DNA of 64,000 nt from an uncultured virus (IMG/VR IMGVR_UViG_3300021426_000069) (taxonomy: Duplodnaviria > Heunggongvirae > Uroviricota > Caudoviricetes), in IMG/VR virus record IMGVR_UViG_3300021426_000069; one strand, 5' to 3'. The notes under the pieces are model-generated. The model was given only the letters and a program-made list of their open reading frames with translations. It ran no database searches and was not told the DNA's origin. Numbering within the stretch: the first letter of the stretch is position 1; every line of letters begins with the position of its first letter. The position numbers and the translations under genes are program-made. Below are positions 9,646 to 18,292 of the stretch, piece after piece.

Positions 9646-9694
9646 ACATTATTATATGAAAATTCAATTAGCAAATTTTTTAATTTTGTTCCAA
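9646..9694 (-). promoter_or_regulatory. Repeated putative late-promoter motif, copy 2
   Basis: TTGGAACAA...TTTTCATATAATAATGT, same spacing. Confidence 0.6.
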
Positions 9695-9720
9695 AGTTTG
9701 TATCTTATTAGTTAACAAAC

Positions 9721-10233
9721 TTAATTTTTAGTATCTATATGTGTTTCTTCCTTTTGGTAAACTAAATGAGACCCCTCTTTAGGTAGTGCTCTAATTTCTG
9801 CCATAAGTGCGGCAATGAAGCTATTTCCGCCTTCATCTTGATAATGTGCGAATCGTTTTTCTATACAATCTAAACTAAAATCGTCTATGTATCCTAATTC
9901 ATAGCAGAAATAATGATGTTGTTGTGTTATCCATGCTTTTATATCATCTTTATCCGAAGCTAATAAAATATCTATAGTTTCTTGCATCTTGTTTGATTGT
10001 ACCCTATTTTCCTCTATCATCGTGGTAAAATGGGTGTCTAAGTGCTCAAGATACTTATAAACGTCATTTAATTGTTGCTTAATATCTTCGTGTTCATCTT
10101 CTTTTTTAAATGCGCATCTTAGTCTATTATGAGCCCAATCAATGAAAGTTACGACTTCTTTGACGGCGATTGCTAAAAGAACTATAAAAACAATAATTTC
10201 AGTTGCAGTATATTTAGCTAATAATTCTCCCAT
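9721..10233 (-). CDS. Single-TM membrane protein, holin/lysis-associated candidate
   Basis: N-terminal TM (IIVFIVLLAIAV), coiled coil, C-terminal YQDEGGNSFI motif. Confidence 0.45.
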   Translation of the reverse strand: MGELLAKYTATEIIVFIVLLAIAVKEVVTFIDWAHNRLRCAFKKEDEHEDIKQQLNDVYKYLEHLDTHFTTMIEENRVQSNKMQETIDILLASDKDDIKAWITQQHHYFCYELGYIDDFSLDCIEKRFAHYQDEGGNSFIAALMAEIRALPKEGSHLVYQKEETHIDTKN

Positions 10234-10271
10234 TGTTTATATCTTAACTCCTTTCTTCCTATATCCCTTTT

Positions 10272-10320
10272 CTAAAAATATTTAAAAAGATATTATTTTA
10301 TATTTTCTATATTAGACCAA
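10272..10320 (-). promoter_or_regulatory. Repeated putative late-promoter motif, copy 3
   Basis: TTGGTCTAA...TTTTAAATATTTTTAG, same spacing. Confidence 0.7.
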
Positions 10321-10321
10321 T

Positions 10322-10348
10322 AAAAAAAGAGATGTGTTTCCACATCTC
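10322..10348 (-). terminator. Intrinsic terminator
   Basis: GAGATGTG/CACATCTC stem plus T7. Confidence 0.8.
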
Positions 10349-10355
10349 ATTTATA

Positions 10356-10958
10356 TTAACCTATTCTAACCCATAAATAAACTTCTTGAACGCTAGGATC
10401 ATTAGCAGGTATTCCACCTTGATAAGCAGCTTGTTGTCCTATTGCATAATGCCAAGTTGTATTGCCTGGAGAACCATCTATAATTGTTGAGGTTCCTTTA
10501 GTACTCGATAATGCTAATCCGCCCCAATTGTTTTGAGTCATTGAAACATCTACAGCAGAATATCCAGTTACAGATTGGTTTGTTAATAATGGGTTACTTG
10601 TTTGACGCCATCTATTATATTTTCCTAAAGATGGATACTCTAATAAAAATTCATATTTCCAAGTATTGTTGTAAAAGTATGGAAGCATCCCCAATATAGA
10701 CCATTTATAAGCTTGTAAACTAAAACCTAATTCATCTATATCTTTCCACAAGACAGTTCCATTTTTACTATTTGTATAATAAACTTTTAACCAAGTAGCT
10801 CCACCAAAAGTTTTAGTTTCAAAGTGAAACATATCAAAGAAACCTTTCATTACTACTAAATCTGCTAATGATATACCACTTGTTCCAAGTTTCAATTCAT
10901 CATTAATTTTTATATTTGCATTATCAACTGCAAATCTTTTAATATTTAACTTTTTCAC
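10356..10958 (-). CDS. Putative receptor-binding protein with fibrinogen-C-like head and KKLNIKRFA leader
   Basis: GTG start at 10958 overlaps the upstream TAG; GGATWLKVY, YEFLLEYP..YNRWRQ, WGGL, WHYAIG motifs. Confidence 0.55.
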   Translation of the reverse strand: MKKLNIKRFAVDNANIKINDELKLGTSGISLADLVVMKGFFDMFHFETKTFGGATWLKVYYTNSKNGTVLWKDIDELGFSLQAYKWSILGMLPYFYNNTWKYEFLLEYPSLGKYNRWRQTSNPLLTNQSVTGYSAVDVSMTQNNWGGLALSSTKGTSTIIDGSPGNTTWHYAIGQQAAYQGGIPANDPSVQEVYLWVRIG

Positions 10959-11404
10959 TACGACACCCTCTTCCATATATAATACACTTCAATAGGCATT
11001 ATATTATTATGAGCTTGTCCTCCACCAGTACTAGCTGTTTCCCAGTTTCCACCATTTTTTGACTGTGTTGATGGAGTTATCCAACCATCTTGAGATTTAT
11101 TTCCCCAACCAGCATATAGACCTGGTGCGATATCTTGAGACCAGTGTTTGTGTGCTGGCATTTCATTAACTGTTAATTTATGAGTTGGTTCTCCTAGCAA
11201 ATCTCCAGCTTGCAAATTTAAAGTCCCCGCAGCATAAGCTCCATAATTTGAATCCGTATTTGCTATATTAGAACCAGCTCCTGCTAAAGCTCTACTTTTA
11301 CAAGTTTGAACCCAATTTCCTCCAAATAAAATAGAAGGATTAATAGCTTGAGTAGTAATATAAACTGAACCAATAGGATATATAAAATCTACATTAATTT
11401 TCAT
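10958..11404 (-). CDS. Stand-alone T4 gp10 C-terminal-like fibre-tip domain protein
   Basis: IYPIGSVY..NP..FGGNW, HKLTVNEMPAHKH, AHNNIMP..VYYIWKRVS. Confidence 0.7.
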   Translation of the reverse strand: MKINVDFIYPIGSVYITTQAINPSILFGGNWVQTCKSRALAGAGSNIANTDSNYGAYAAGTLNLQAGDLLGEPTHKLTVNEMPAHKHWSQDIAPGLYAGWGNKSQDGWITPSTQSKNGGNWETASTGGGQAHNNIMPIEVYYIWKRVS

Positions 11405-11418
11405 ATATTTAATCCTCC

Positions 11419-11979
11419 TTATATTTTTTTAATTTGAAAATAGGTAGACATATTATTAGCTGCTATTGATGATGCTACTCCATCTACCTTTGCATAAAGA
11501 TTCACTGTATCTCCTTGATTTAGATATCTTATTTCGGTAAGAGGAACTGCGCTTGATGCGCCAACACCTCCATTGATGCTATATCTAATTGCAGTTCCAT
11601 TAACATGTATCTTAGAGACAATACGTCTTGTTCCATCAAAACTAAACTCTACTTGAGTAACAATAAGATAATATCCAGACTTAGGAACCGTATATGTATG
11701 AGTTTTAGTGTTAAAACCATTATGAGTATCTGTTTCTACATATCCTAAATTTACAAGAGAATAATTACCTGATGAAAAACTTTGTTGTGTATTTTCCATG
11801 TGAACACAACAATAAATTTGTTCATTTAATCTATCATCTATATTATTAATAGCAGTATCAATATCTTTTAATTTTCTATTTGTTCCTTCTATTTTTAAAT
11901 CTGCATTAATTTTTATATCTATATTTTCTTCAACATTAGTTGAAAATCTTAAAATATTTAATTTCATTCTCTTTTTCAT
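11419..11979 (-). CDS. C1q/TNF-like head protein with MKLNILRFS leader
   Basis: ATG 11979 in a TAATG overlap; FNTKTHTYTVPKSGYYLI and YLNQGDTVNLY are C1q-like motifs. Confidence 0.7.
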   Translation of the reverse strand: MKKRMKLNILRFSTNVEENIDIKINADLKIEGTNRKLKDIDTAINNIDDRLNEQIYCCVHMENTQQSFSSGNYSLVNLGYVETDTHNGFNTKTHTYTVPKSGYYLIVTQVEFSFDGTRRIVSKIHVNGTAIRYSINGGVGASSAVPLTEIRYLNQGDTVNLYAKVDGVASSIAANNMSTYFQIKKI

Positions 11980-12812
11980 TACGACACCCTCTTCCATACA
12001 TAAACTACAATATAAGGTGGCATATTATTATGTGATTCATTGTTACCAAAAGCAAAACCAGGATTTTGAAGAGAAGTGGCCCCGCCACTAGTTCCTTGAT
12101 TTATTAATGTTCTATACCCATTATGAACCGTTCCTGTTGCATAACCGCTTTTACCATACCATTCAGTTCCTCCTTCTTGAGCATGGATGCTCCAAGAACC
12201 GCTAACTTTTGGTAATTGGTTTACAGTTAATTGCACTGTTGCAGCACCTCCACTAGTTCCTCCAACATAAGTATTACCTGCGGCAAGTAAAAACACATCT
12301 TTAATTTGTTCCCATGTTCCATTAAAACTTACATTAGGACTGAAATTAGCATCATTTGTATAATAAATAGAGCCTACAGGATAAATTAAATCAAATAAAG
12401 CACTAACGGTATCATCTATTTCTTTTAAAGACATTTTTCCTATTTTTATATCTTGGTTAATTTTTATATTAGCATCTGATGCATAAAATTCAGGTGGTAT
12501 AACCGGGTTAGTTTCTACTGATATAATATCAATAGTTTCAACATATTCTTGTCCATTACTACCATAAAAAGTAAGTGTTTCAGTTATATTTGATGTGTAT
12601 TCTTTAGATATATATGGACTTGGAACATTACTCCATTCATTTGTAACGTCCATTCCATTTTTTGTAATTTGTACAATATCTAAACTAGCAACTGTAGAAA
12701 CAGTAACACTAATACAATTTCCAAAAGTATCGTAATTCTCTGAATATTGAGTATACATTCCAAATGTGCCTGGTTCTGCTGATGCAAATCTCTTTATATT
12801 TAATTTTTTCAT
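11979..12812 (-). CDS. Fibre protein: MKKLNIKRFA leader, beta domain, gp10C-like tip
   Basis: Start ATG 12812; LIYPVGSIY...SHNNMPPYIVVYVWKRVS. Confidence 0.7.
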   Translation of the reverse strand: MKKLNIKRFASAEPGTFGMYTQYSENYDTFGNCISVTVSTVASLDIVQITKNGMDVTNEWSNVPSPYISKEYTSNITETLTFYGSNGQEYVETIDIISVETNPVIPPEFYASDANIKINQDIKIGKMSLKEIDDTVSALFDLIYPVGSIYYTNDANFSPNVSFNGTWEQIKDVFLLAAGNTYVGGTSGGAATVQLTVNQLPKVSGSWSIHAQEGGTEWYGKSGYATGTVHNGYRTLINQGTSGGATSLQNPGFAFGNNESHNNMPPYIVVYVWKRVS

Positions 12813-12814
12813 TT

Positions 12815-13231
12815 TTAAGCCACCCTCTTCCACATATAGACTGCTAAAAATGGTGGAATATTATTATGATACCCATTACCACCAGCATTTTCTGTATACC
12901 AGTTATTATTAGCCCATCCATTGGCTCCATCATGAGTTGTACCAAAATTTCCTCCACCAGCAGAATTATTCCAGTCATCATTATTAGTTTTTATCTGATG
13001 TTTATGTGCGGGTATCTCTGTCACAGTTAGCTTATGGCTGTATTCTCCTCCAATAGTTCCAGCTGTAAAATTATAGGTTTCTCCACCTTCTCCTGTTGCT
13101 GTACCTGTACCAATTAAAAATCTACTGTTTATAGCTTCCCATTTTCCGCCAAAAAGAATTGCTGGATTAGTTGCGGAAACTGATAAATAAATTGCTCCTA
13201 TTGGATAAATTAAATCTGTATTAATAATCAT
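12815..13231 (-). CDS. Stand-alone gp10C-like fibre-tip domain protein
   Basis: Start ATG 13231 after GGGGGTGG; LIYPIGAIY...YHNNIPPFLAVYMWKRVA. Confidence 0.7.
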   Translation of the reverse strand: MIINTDLIYPIGAIYLSVSATNPAILFGGKWEAINSRFLIGTGTATGEGGETYNFTAGTIGGEYSHKLTVTEIPAHKHQIKTNNDDWNNSAGGGNFGTTHDGANGWANNNWYTENAGGNGYHNNIPPFLAVYMWKRVA

Positions 13232-13242
13232 ATTTCCACCCC

Positions 13243-14097
13243 CTATGCAGTCCTTCTCCACATATAAACTTTATATGCAGGTGGTTGAACTATTGTAGAA
13301 TTACCATAGATAGAATTTGAATTTTTTGCATTAAAACTTATTCTTGTTTTATATTGTGTATTTACTCCTGCGCCTCCACTTGAAGTGGTTGCAGCCCACC
13401 AATATCCATGACTACTTGGTCGCTCATTATATAAAGCTCCATTATTTTGAGCTACCATCATAATACCGCCACCGCTAGAGTCACTCCATCGTGGATCAAT
13501 AGAACCAGTAATATTTGGTAAACCAGAATTTACAGTTGTACCAAGTTCATTATCATTATTTGCTCCCCATAAACATCTTCCTGTCGCTATTTTTTCCCAT
13601 GTACCTCCAAAAAGATCTTTAGGATCAGTTGTAGTAGTACTAATATAAACACTTCCTACAGGATAAATAATATCCGCTATATTATGAATAGAATTTACAA
13701 CATCTTTTAATTTCATTGTTGTTTTAGCAATTTTTATATCACCATTAATTTCTAAGGGGTATTGTTCGCTTTCGGGTTGGAAATCATTTGCAATATAGAC
13801 GTCTGCAAAAAAAGATGTTTCATTATTTTCACAATAAATATGATAAGTTGCGCTAACAGGTCCATGAAAATAACGTTTAATACAAGGTCTTCCACGAAAA
13901 TCTTCAGTAATTATCCAGTTTGCGGTATCATCTATTTCATTACCGCCATGCACCAAAAATACACTTGAAATATCATATTCACAAACAATAGTTACTGTAG
14001 CTGTACGTATATACCCATTTGGAGTATAATCATAACTATAATCAGGATATAGTTCATCATCTCCAGCGGAAGCAAAACGTTTTATATTTAATTCCAT
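13243..14097 (-). CDS. Fibre protein: MELNIKRFA leader, beta domain, gp10C-like tip
   Basis: SD AAGGAGG; IIYPVGSVY, GLPNITG, IYGNSTIVQPPAYKVYMWRRTA. Confidence 0.7.
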   Translation of the reverse strand: MELNIKRFASAGDDELYPDYSYDYTPNGYIRTATVTIVCEYDISSVFLVHGGNEIDDTANWIITEDFRGRPCIKRYFHGPVSATYHIYCENNETSFFADVYIANDFQPESEQYPLEINGDIKIAKTTMKLKDVVNSIHNIADIIYPVGSVYISTTTTDPKDLFGGTWEKIATGRCLWGANNDNELGTTVNSGLPNITGSIDPRWSDSSGGGIMMVAQNNGALYNERPSSHGYWWAATTSSGGAGVNTQYKTRISFNAKNSNSIYGNSTIVQPPAYKVYMWRRTA

Positions 14098-14127
14098 ATA
14101 TATATCCTCCTTTTATCTCTATATACT

Positions 14128-14161
14128 AAAAGAAAGGAGAAGGAGCTACCTCCCTCTCCTT
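14128..14161 (-). terminator. Probable intrinsic terminator
   Basis: AAGGAGAGGGAG / CTCCTTCTCCTT stem (with G-U pair) plus T-rich tail. Confidence 0.6.
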
Positions 14162-14162
14162 A

Positions 14163-16412
14163 TTAAGCTTTAAATAAATAAGACTTAGTCCAATAACCAT
14201 TAGTAACTATGATATTCTCTTTTCCTGTAGGTCCGCTTGTTGTTATTCCTAAATCTGATGCAGCATCATATTCTATTTTTGCTCCATCTGGTGCAGTTAT
14301 TCTTGAATCATAGGAAGTACTTCCTCCAGGTGTTGTATAGCTATAATATTCAAAAGTATATTCTCCAAGCCCATGTTCTTGAATAAAATCTGCAGCTAGG
14401 AATGTTGTTGTGTTGATTGAACTAATTATAGTAGAAGATGTATCGTAAGATACTCCTGTTGGTGTTAATGAATTCAAACTTCCAACATTTGATGCGGATG
14501 TAACACATTTATATAATTCATTATTATAAACAACATAATCTCCTGCTGAATAAACTAATCCAGAATTATAAGTATTAACAGCTAAACCTAACATAGTATA
14601 AATATTGTTAGCTACTTTATTAACCGCTTTTACACTTGTATATTTTGTTTCAGCATCATCGCCACTAATACCTGATATATCATTAACTTTATTTGCTAAA
14701 ACTTCAACATCTCTTCTTAATTTATCTTTTAAATTATTTTGATAAACTATTGTAGGAGATAATTCTAATGCACTTCCTAAAAATTCTTCTGTACCGAAGT
14801 CCGCACAAGGATATATATCTTCTCTTTCTCTTATATCATAAACTCTTTCATTAGATAGTTCATAATAAATCCAATTATTATCATATATATAATTAGATGT
14901 TTGAGCACTAATATTTGATAGATTAGTAGTTGTATTTTCAATTCTACCTACTCTAACATAATATTTATTGTTTTCTAAATCTATTTCATCAAATACATTA
15001 TCATCTAATTGAGGTAATCCATAGGTAGAAATTTTATTTCCATTCTTATCTTCATATGGAATTACTAATTTGAATTCCCAATAATTTGCATATGTTTCAT
15101 CTTCAGTTCCTGACCAAGTTAAATGACAACATAGGTCTTCAATATCGGTAGTTTCAATAGCCATATATCCATCATTAACTGTTTGATAATAAGTTTTTGT
15201 AGTAGTTGTAGTTACCGCATTACCTTCTGATGAAGTTGTTACAGGCGTTAAAATTGTTAATCCTGTTGAATAACTTGCAATAGGTTCAGCACTATATGCA
15301 GCTTGAACTATACTGCCTTCATTTTTATCATAAATAGTATAAGTTTGTCCGCCTAAACACTTAAACCAAATAACATAATGGTCATTAACAGTTCCAACTG
15401 CACCATTACCATCAATACCGCTATTAGATAATATTTGACTACCTCTTTTATTGAATTGATTCATTCCTATTGATAGTAAATGGGTTGGATTTGCTATTTG
15501 GATAACTCCAATTTCTTCTGCTTGATATATAACTTGAATATTATCATTAATTGCGGCAGCTCCATTAGTAATAGAAATACCAAATTTTGATAATGTTACA
15601 ATATCACCATTTAACATCCAATTATTTGCTGTATAATTAATTGTAATTGTATTTCCAGGTTTTTCTCTACCTGTTGTAATAATTCCATATTGATATAATG
15701 CAACTACATCTTGACCATATTTCCAATTGTTAGCAGTATAATAAACTGTAATTTTCATTCCTTCTGTAAGTGTAGTTGAATTTAATGTAAATCCATATTG
15801 AGATAAAGAAACTTGTTCACTTCCTATATACCAACCATCTGTTGTATACGTGAATTCATATGTATCTGCAACTCCTAAAACTTTATTTGCAAAAGTATTC
15901 TTATTAAAACTAGATACTATTGTAGATGGATCGCTATAATCAATAGCTGCATCAAATTCAAATATAAAAGTTCCTGTTGCGGCATTCATTTTCTTAGCAA
16001 ATGTAGCTTTATTAATTGAGCTTATTAAATTTGATGTATATGTAATTGTTGGAGTATAAATAAAATTATAAACTCCAGTTTCATTTTTTTGAGTTTTAAA
16101 AGTTGTTAAATTTAATGTTATGTTTTTTACTCCAACAGTTAATAGGTTATATTTAATACTTTCTGGAATTGTTGTAGTTGTAGATCTAGCTCCATGCAAT
16201 TTTTTCAATACTGCATATCCATCTGTTGCTATACTTGTATGACTTGCAGCAGATCTATATTGAAATGATGAACCATCAGTGATTCCATCTGTAGAAGTTA
16301 AGTTCTCTGCTAAACCAACTGTTACCCCAGGATATTTTCCTTCTGGATCAATCTCAGGATAAACTTGTTTAGTTTTTAATTCGTCTTCATAAAATTTAAT
16401 TGTCTTTGACAT
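14163..16412 (-). CDS. Tail fibre-like protein with internal repeats and CBM5/12-like segment
   Basis: Repeats ISSINKATFA / VSSFNKNTFA / ISSINTTTFL; YSAGDYVVYNNELYKC. Confidence 0.55.
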   Translation of the reverse strand: MSKTIKFYEDELKTKQVYPEIDPEGKYPGVTVGLAENLTSTDGITDGSSFQYRSAASHTSIATDGYAVLKKLHGARSTTTTIPESIKYNLLTVGVKNITLNLTTFKTQKNETGVYNFIYTPTITYTSNLISSINKATFAKKMNAATGTFIFEFDAAIDYSDPSTIVSSFNKNTFANKVLGVADTYEFTYTTDGWYIGSEQVSLSQYGFTLNSTTLTEGMKITVYYTANNWKYGQDVVALYQYGIITTGREKPGNTITINYTANNWMLNGDIVTLSKFGISITNGAAAINDNIQVIYQAEEIGVIQIANPTHLLSIGMNQFNKRGSQILSNSGIDGNGAVGTVNDHYVIWFKCLGGQTYTIYDKNEGSIVQAAYSAEPIASYSTGLTILTPVTTSSEGNAVTTTTTKTYYQTVNDGYMAIETTDIEDLCCHLTWSGTEDETYANYWEFKLVIPYEDKNGNKISTYGLPQLDDNVFDEIDLENNKYYVRVGRIENTTTNLSNISAQTSNYIYDNNWIYYELSNERVYDIREREDIYPCADFGTEEFLGSALELSPTIVYQNNLKDKLRRDVEVLANKVNDISGISGDDAETKYTSVKAVNKVANNIYTMLGLAVNTYNSGLVYSAGDYVVYNNELYKCVTSASNVGSLNSLTPTGVSYDTSSTIISSINTTTFLAADFIQEHGLGEYTFEYYSYTTPGGSTSYDSRITAPDGAKIEYDAASDLGITTSGPTGKENIIVTNGYWTKSYLFKA

Positions 16413-16429
16413 AATTCTCTAATCCTCCT

Positions 16430-17113
16430 TTACTCTGAAATTGTGTAATACAATCCTGTTGTAACCCTTTCTTCGTCTACATATAATTTTCCATTTTCTT
16501 GTTCACTACCGCTTTCATATTTTACACCACTACCTTCAACAGTAGTCTTAGCCTGTGAAATTCCAGTTCCTTTACCGATACTATCTTCTGTTCCTAATAA
16601 ATAATAGGTAGATTCTTTTGCAGATAAGTCAGTAGTAACTGTTTCACTATTAGTATGTGCGGCGATAGCTGTTTTTCTATCTTCAATCTCTTGATCGATT
16701 TTATCATCTAATGCATCTGTAATGGCATCGGCTTCAGTTTTAGTATAGTAACTACTTAAATCTATTGTAGCTGTTCCTACTTTTTCCCAAGCACTACTTA
16801 TATAAAAATATTCTTCATATTTTTTTACTGTCGTTTGTTGTTCACTTGGTAAAGGTACACAATACATAGTTGATACTGGACCAGACGCAGGTAACGAATT
16901 TACGATTTGAACATCAAAGGTTCCTTCTGGTGCAGGAACCTCTCCAGCATCAATAACTTCAGCATTAGATAAAGTACATAATAAATGTCTTCTATTATCA
17001 ACTGTAACACTTATTATTGATACACCATCAGCTCCGTCATTACCTTTAGGATAAATATCTATATCTAATGTTTGAGTATAAGCATCTCTAAATCCCATTG
17101 TATTCTTAGCCAT
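16430..17113 (-). CDS. Tail fibre-associated protein
   Basis: PKGNDGADGVSI; IVNSLP..YEEY..WEKVG..IDLSSYYTK fibre motif, shared with 23927..24922. Confidence 0.55.
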   Translation of the reverse strand: MAKNTMGFRDAYTQTLDIDIYPKGNDGADGVSIISVTVDNRRHLLCTLSNAEVIDAGEVPAPEGTFDVQIVNSLPASGPVSTMYCVPLPSEQQTTVKKYEEYFYISSAWEKVGTATIDLSSYYTKTEADAITDALDDKIDQEIEDRKTAIAAHTNSETVTTDLSAKESTYYLLGTEDSIGKGTGISQAKTTVEGSGVKYESGSEQENGKLYVDEERVTTGLYYTISE

Positions 17114-17135
17114 ATTTATTTCCTCCTTTTATTTC

Positions 17136-17486
17136 TTATTCTGTAGTAGCCTCTGGATATAGAACGAATTTCTTAGCTCCTTCATCATCATATCCAATTA
17201 GAGTTGTATCTCCATTTAATTCAATTTCATACCAATATGTAACTGAACCATCTTTGAAGGCATCTCCAATACGAGTCTCTGCAGAGGTTAATTTTATTTC
17301 CGCAAAATTACTTGTTTCTTCTACGGTAAATTCTTTTTCAAAAAGAACATTTGTATAATCGCCGTTTGCGCAAACATAAAATTTAATTTTGTCTCCGGCT
17401 TCAAATTTGCCTTCATTATTTACTAACTGTAAAGTGATGGCATCTCCTCTGTTTAAGTAAATATTTTTATTTCTTACTCTAAACAT
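17136..17486 (-). CDS. Baseplate/fibre adaptor (BppU N-terminal-like), paralog of 25424..25783
   Basis: Start 17486 after AGGAGG; IYLNRGD..YWYEIELN..GYDDEG.K...LYP. Confidence 0.55.
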   Translation of the reverse strand: MFRVRNKNIYLNRGDAITLQLVNNEGKFEAGDKIKFYVCANGDYTNVLFEKEFTVEETSNFAEIKLTSAETRIGDAFKDGSVTYWYEIELNGDTTLIGYDDEGAKKFVLYPEATTE

Positions 17487-17517
17487 TTTTAATCCTCCTA
17501 TCTCCAATTCTCTCTTA

Positions 17518-17566
17518 CTAAAAATATATCAAAAGTTTTTTGTTTTTATTATATTAATTAGACCTA
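17518..17566 (-). promoter_or_regulatory. Repeated putative late-promoter motif, copy 4
   Basis: TAGGTCTAA...TTTTGATATATTTTTAG, same spacing. Confidence 0.7.
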
Positions 17567-17574
17567 TTAAAATC

Positions 17575-18291
17575 CTACATATTACAATAATATTCTCCGT
17601 TGCGAATAATTTCATCTGTACCCATCGCAAACGACGTACCATAAACTCTATTTCCACGCCAGTTCATAACATAATTATCACTAATTATATATTCAGTACT
17701 TTCTCCATATGAACTAGCTGTCCATTGAGCCCATGTCATCCCTGGTATTGCAGTATATTGAACTTCATCAATAGTGAAATTAAATGGTTTTGTTGTTGGG
17801 TCTATTTCTCTATAGCCCCAAACCATTATGCCATTATACCAAATTTCCGCAATGTGTTTTCCATCTATAGTTACATCTGCAAGCGGAAACTTATCATTGT
17901 ATTCATATCTTAATCCATTATACAATTCATATTCTGGCTCTGTAGTTGGAGTAGAATCATCTTCGCCTTCGGAACTTCCAATTTGAGTAACTTCAATAGT
18001 AGTTGTATATTCTTGATTCCATCTACTATTAAAAGTTAAAGTTTCACTCATATTTTGTAAATAAATAGCCTGCACTGGATTAGTAGGAAAGGAGTCTGAC
18101 CAATTCTCAGAAACATTATTCCCGTTTTGATCATAAACTCCTCCTAGAGTAGTGCTACCAGTACATGTAACTCTTACAGCTGTACAAACCCCATCTTCAT
18201 ACTGAGGTTCATAAGTAACTGTAACATAAAAGTCTTGTTCTCCTGGATTTTCGCCACCTGTAGAAAATCTATCTATATATAATTTATTCAT
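17575..18291 (-). CDS. Fibre accessory protein with MNKLYIDRFS leader
   Basis: Start 18291 after GTGAGG; N-terminal beta domain resembles that of 11979..12812 (W...NxxETLTF...QEY..TI). Confidence 0.6.
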   Translation of the reverse strand: MNKLYIDRFSTGGENPGEQDFYVTVTYEPQYEDGVCTAVRVTCTGSTTLGGVYDQNGNNVSENWSDSFPTNPVQAIYLQNMSETLTFNSRWNQEYTTTIEVTQIGSSEGEDDSTPTTEPEYELYNGLRYEYNDKFPLADVTIDGKHIAEIWYNGIMVWGYREIDPTTKPFNFTIDEVQYTAIPGMTWAQWTASSYGESTEYIISDNYVMNWRGNRVYGTSFAMGTDEIIRNGEYYCNM

Positions 18292-18292
18292 T

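Larger units (their letters stand above)
10950..12003 (-). repeat. 33-bp direct repeat (31/33 identical) at 10950-10982 and 11971-12003
   Basis: CTTTTTCA(C/T)TACGACACCCTCTTCCATA(T/C)ATAA on the plus strand; a related copy lies at about 12805-12838. Confidence 0.85.
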
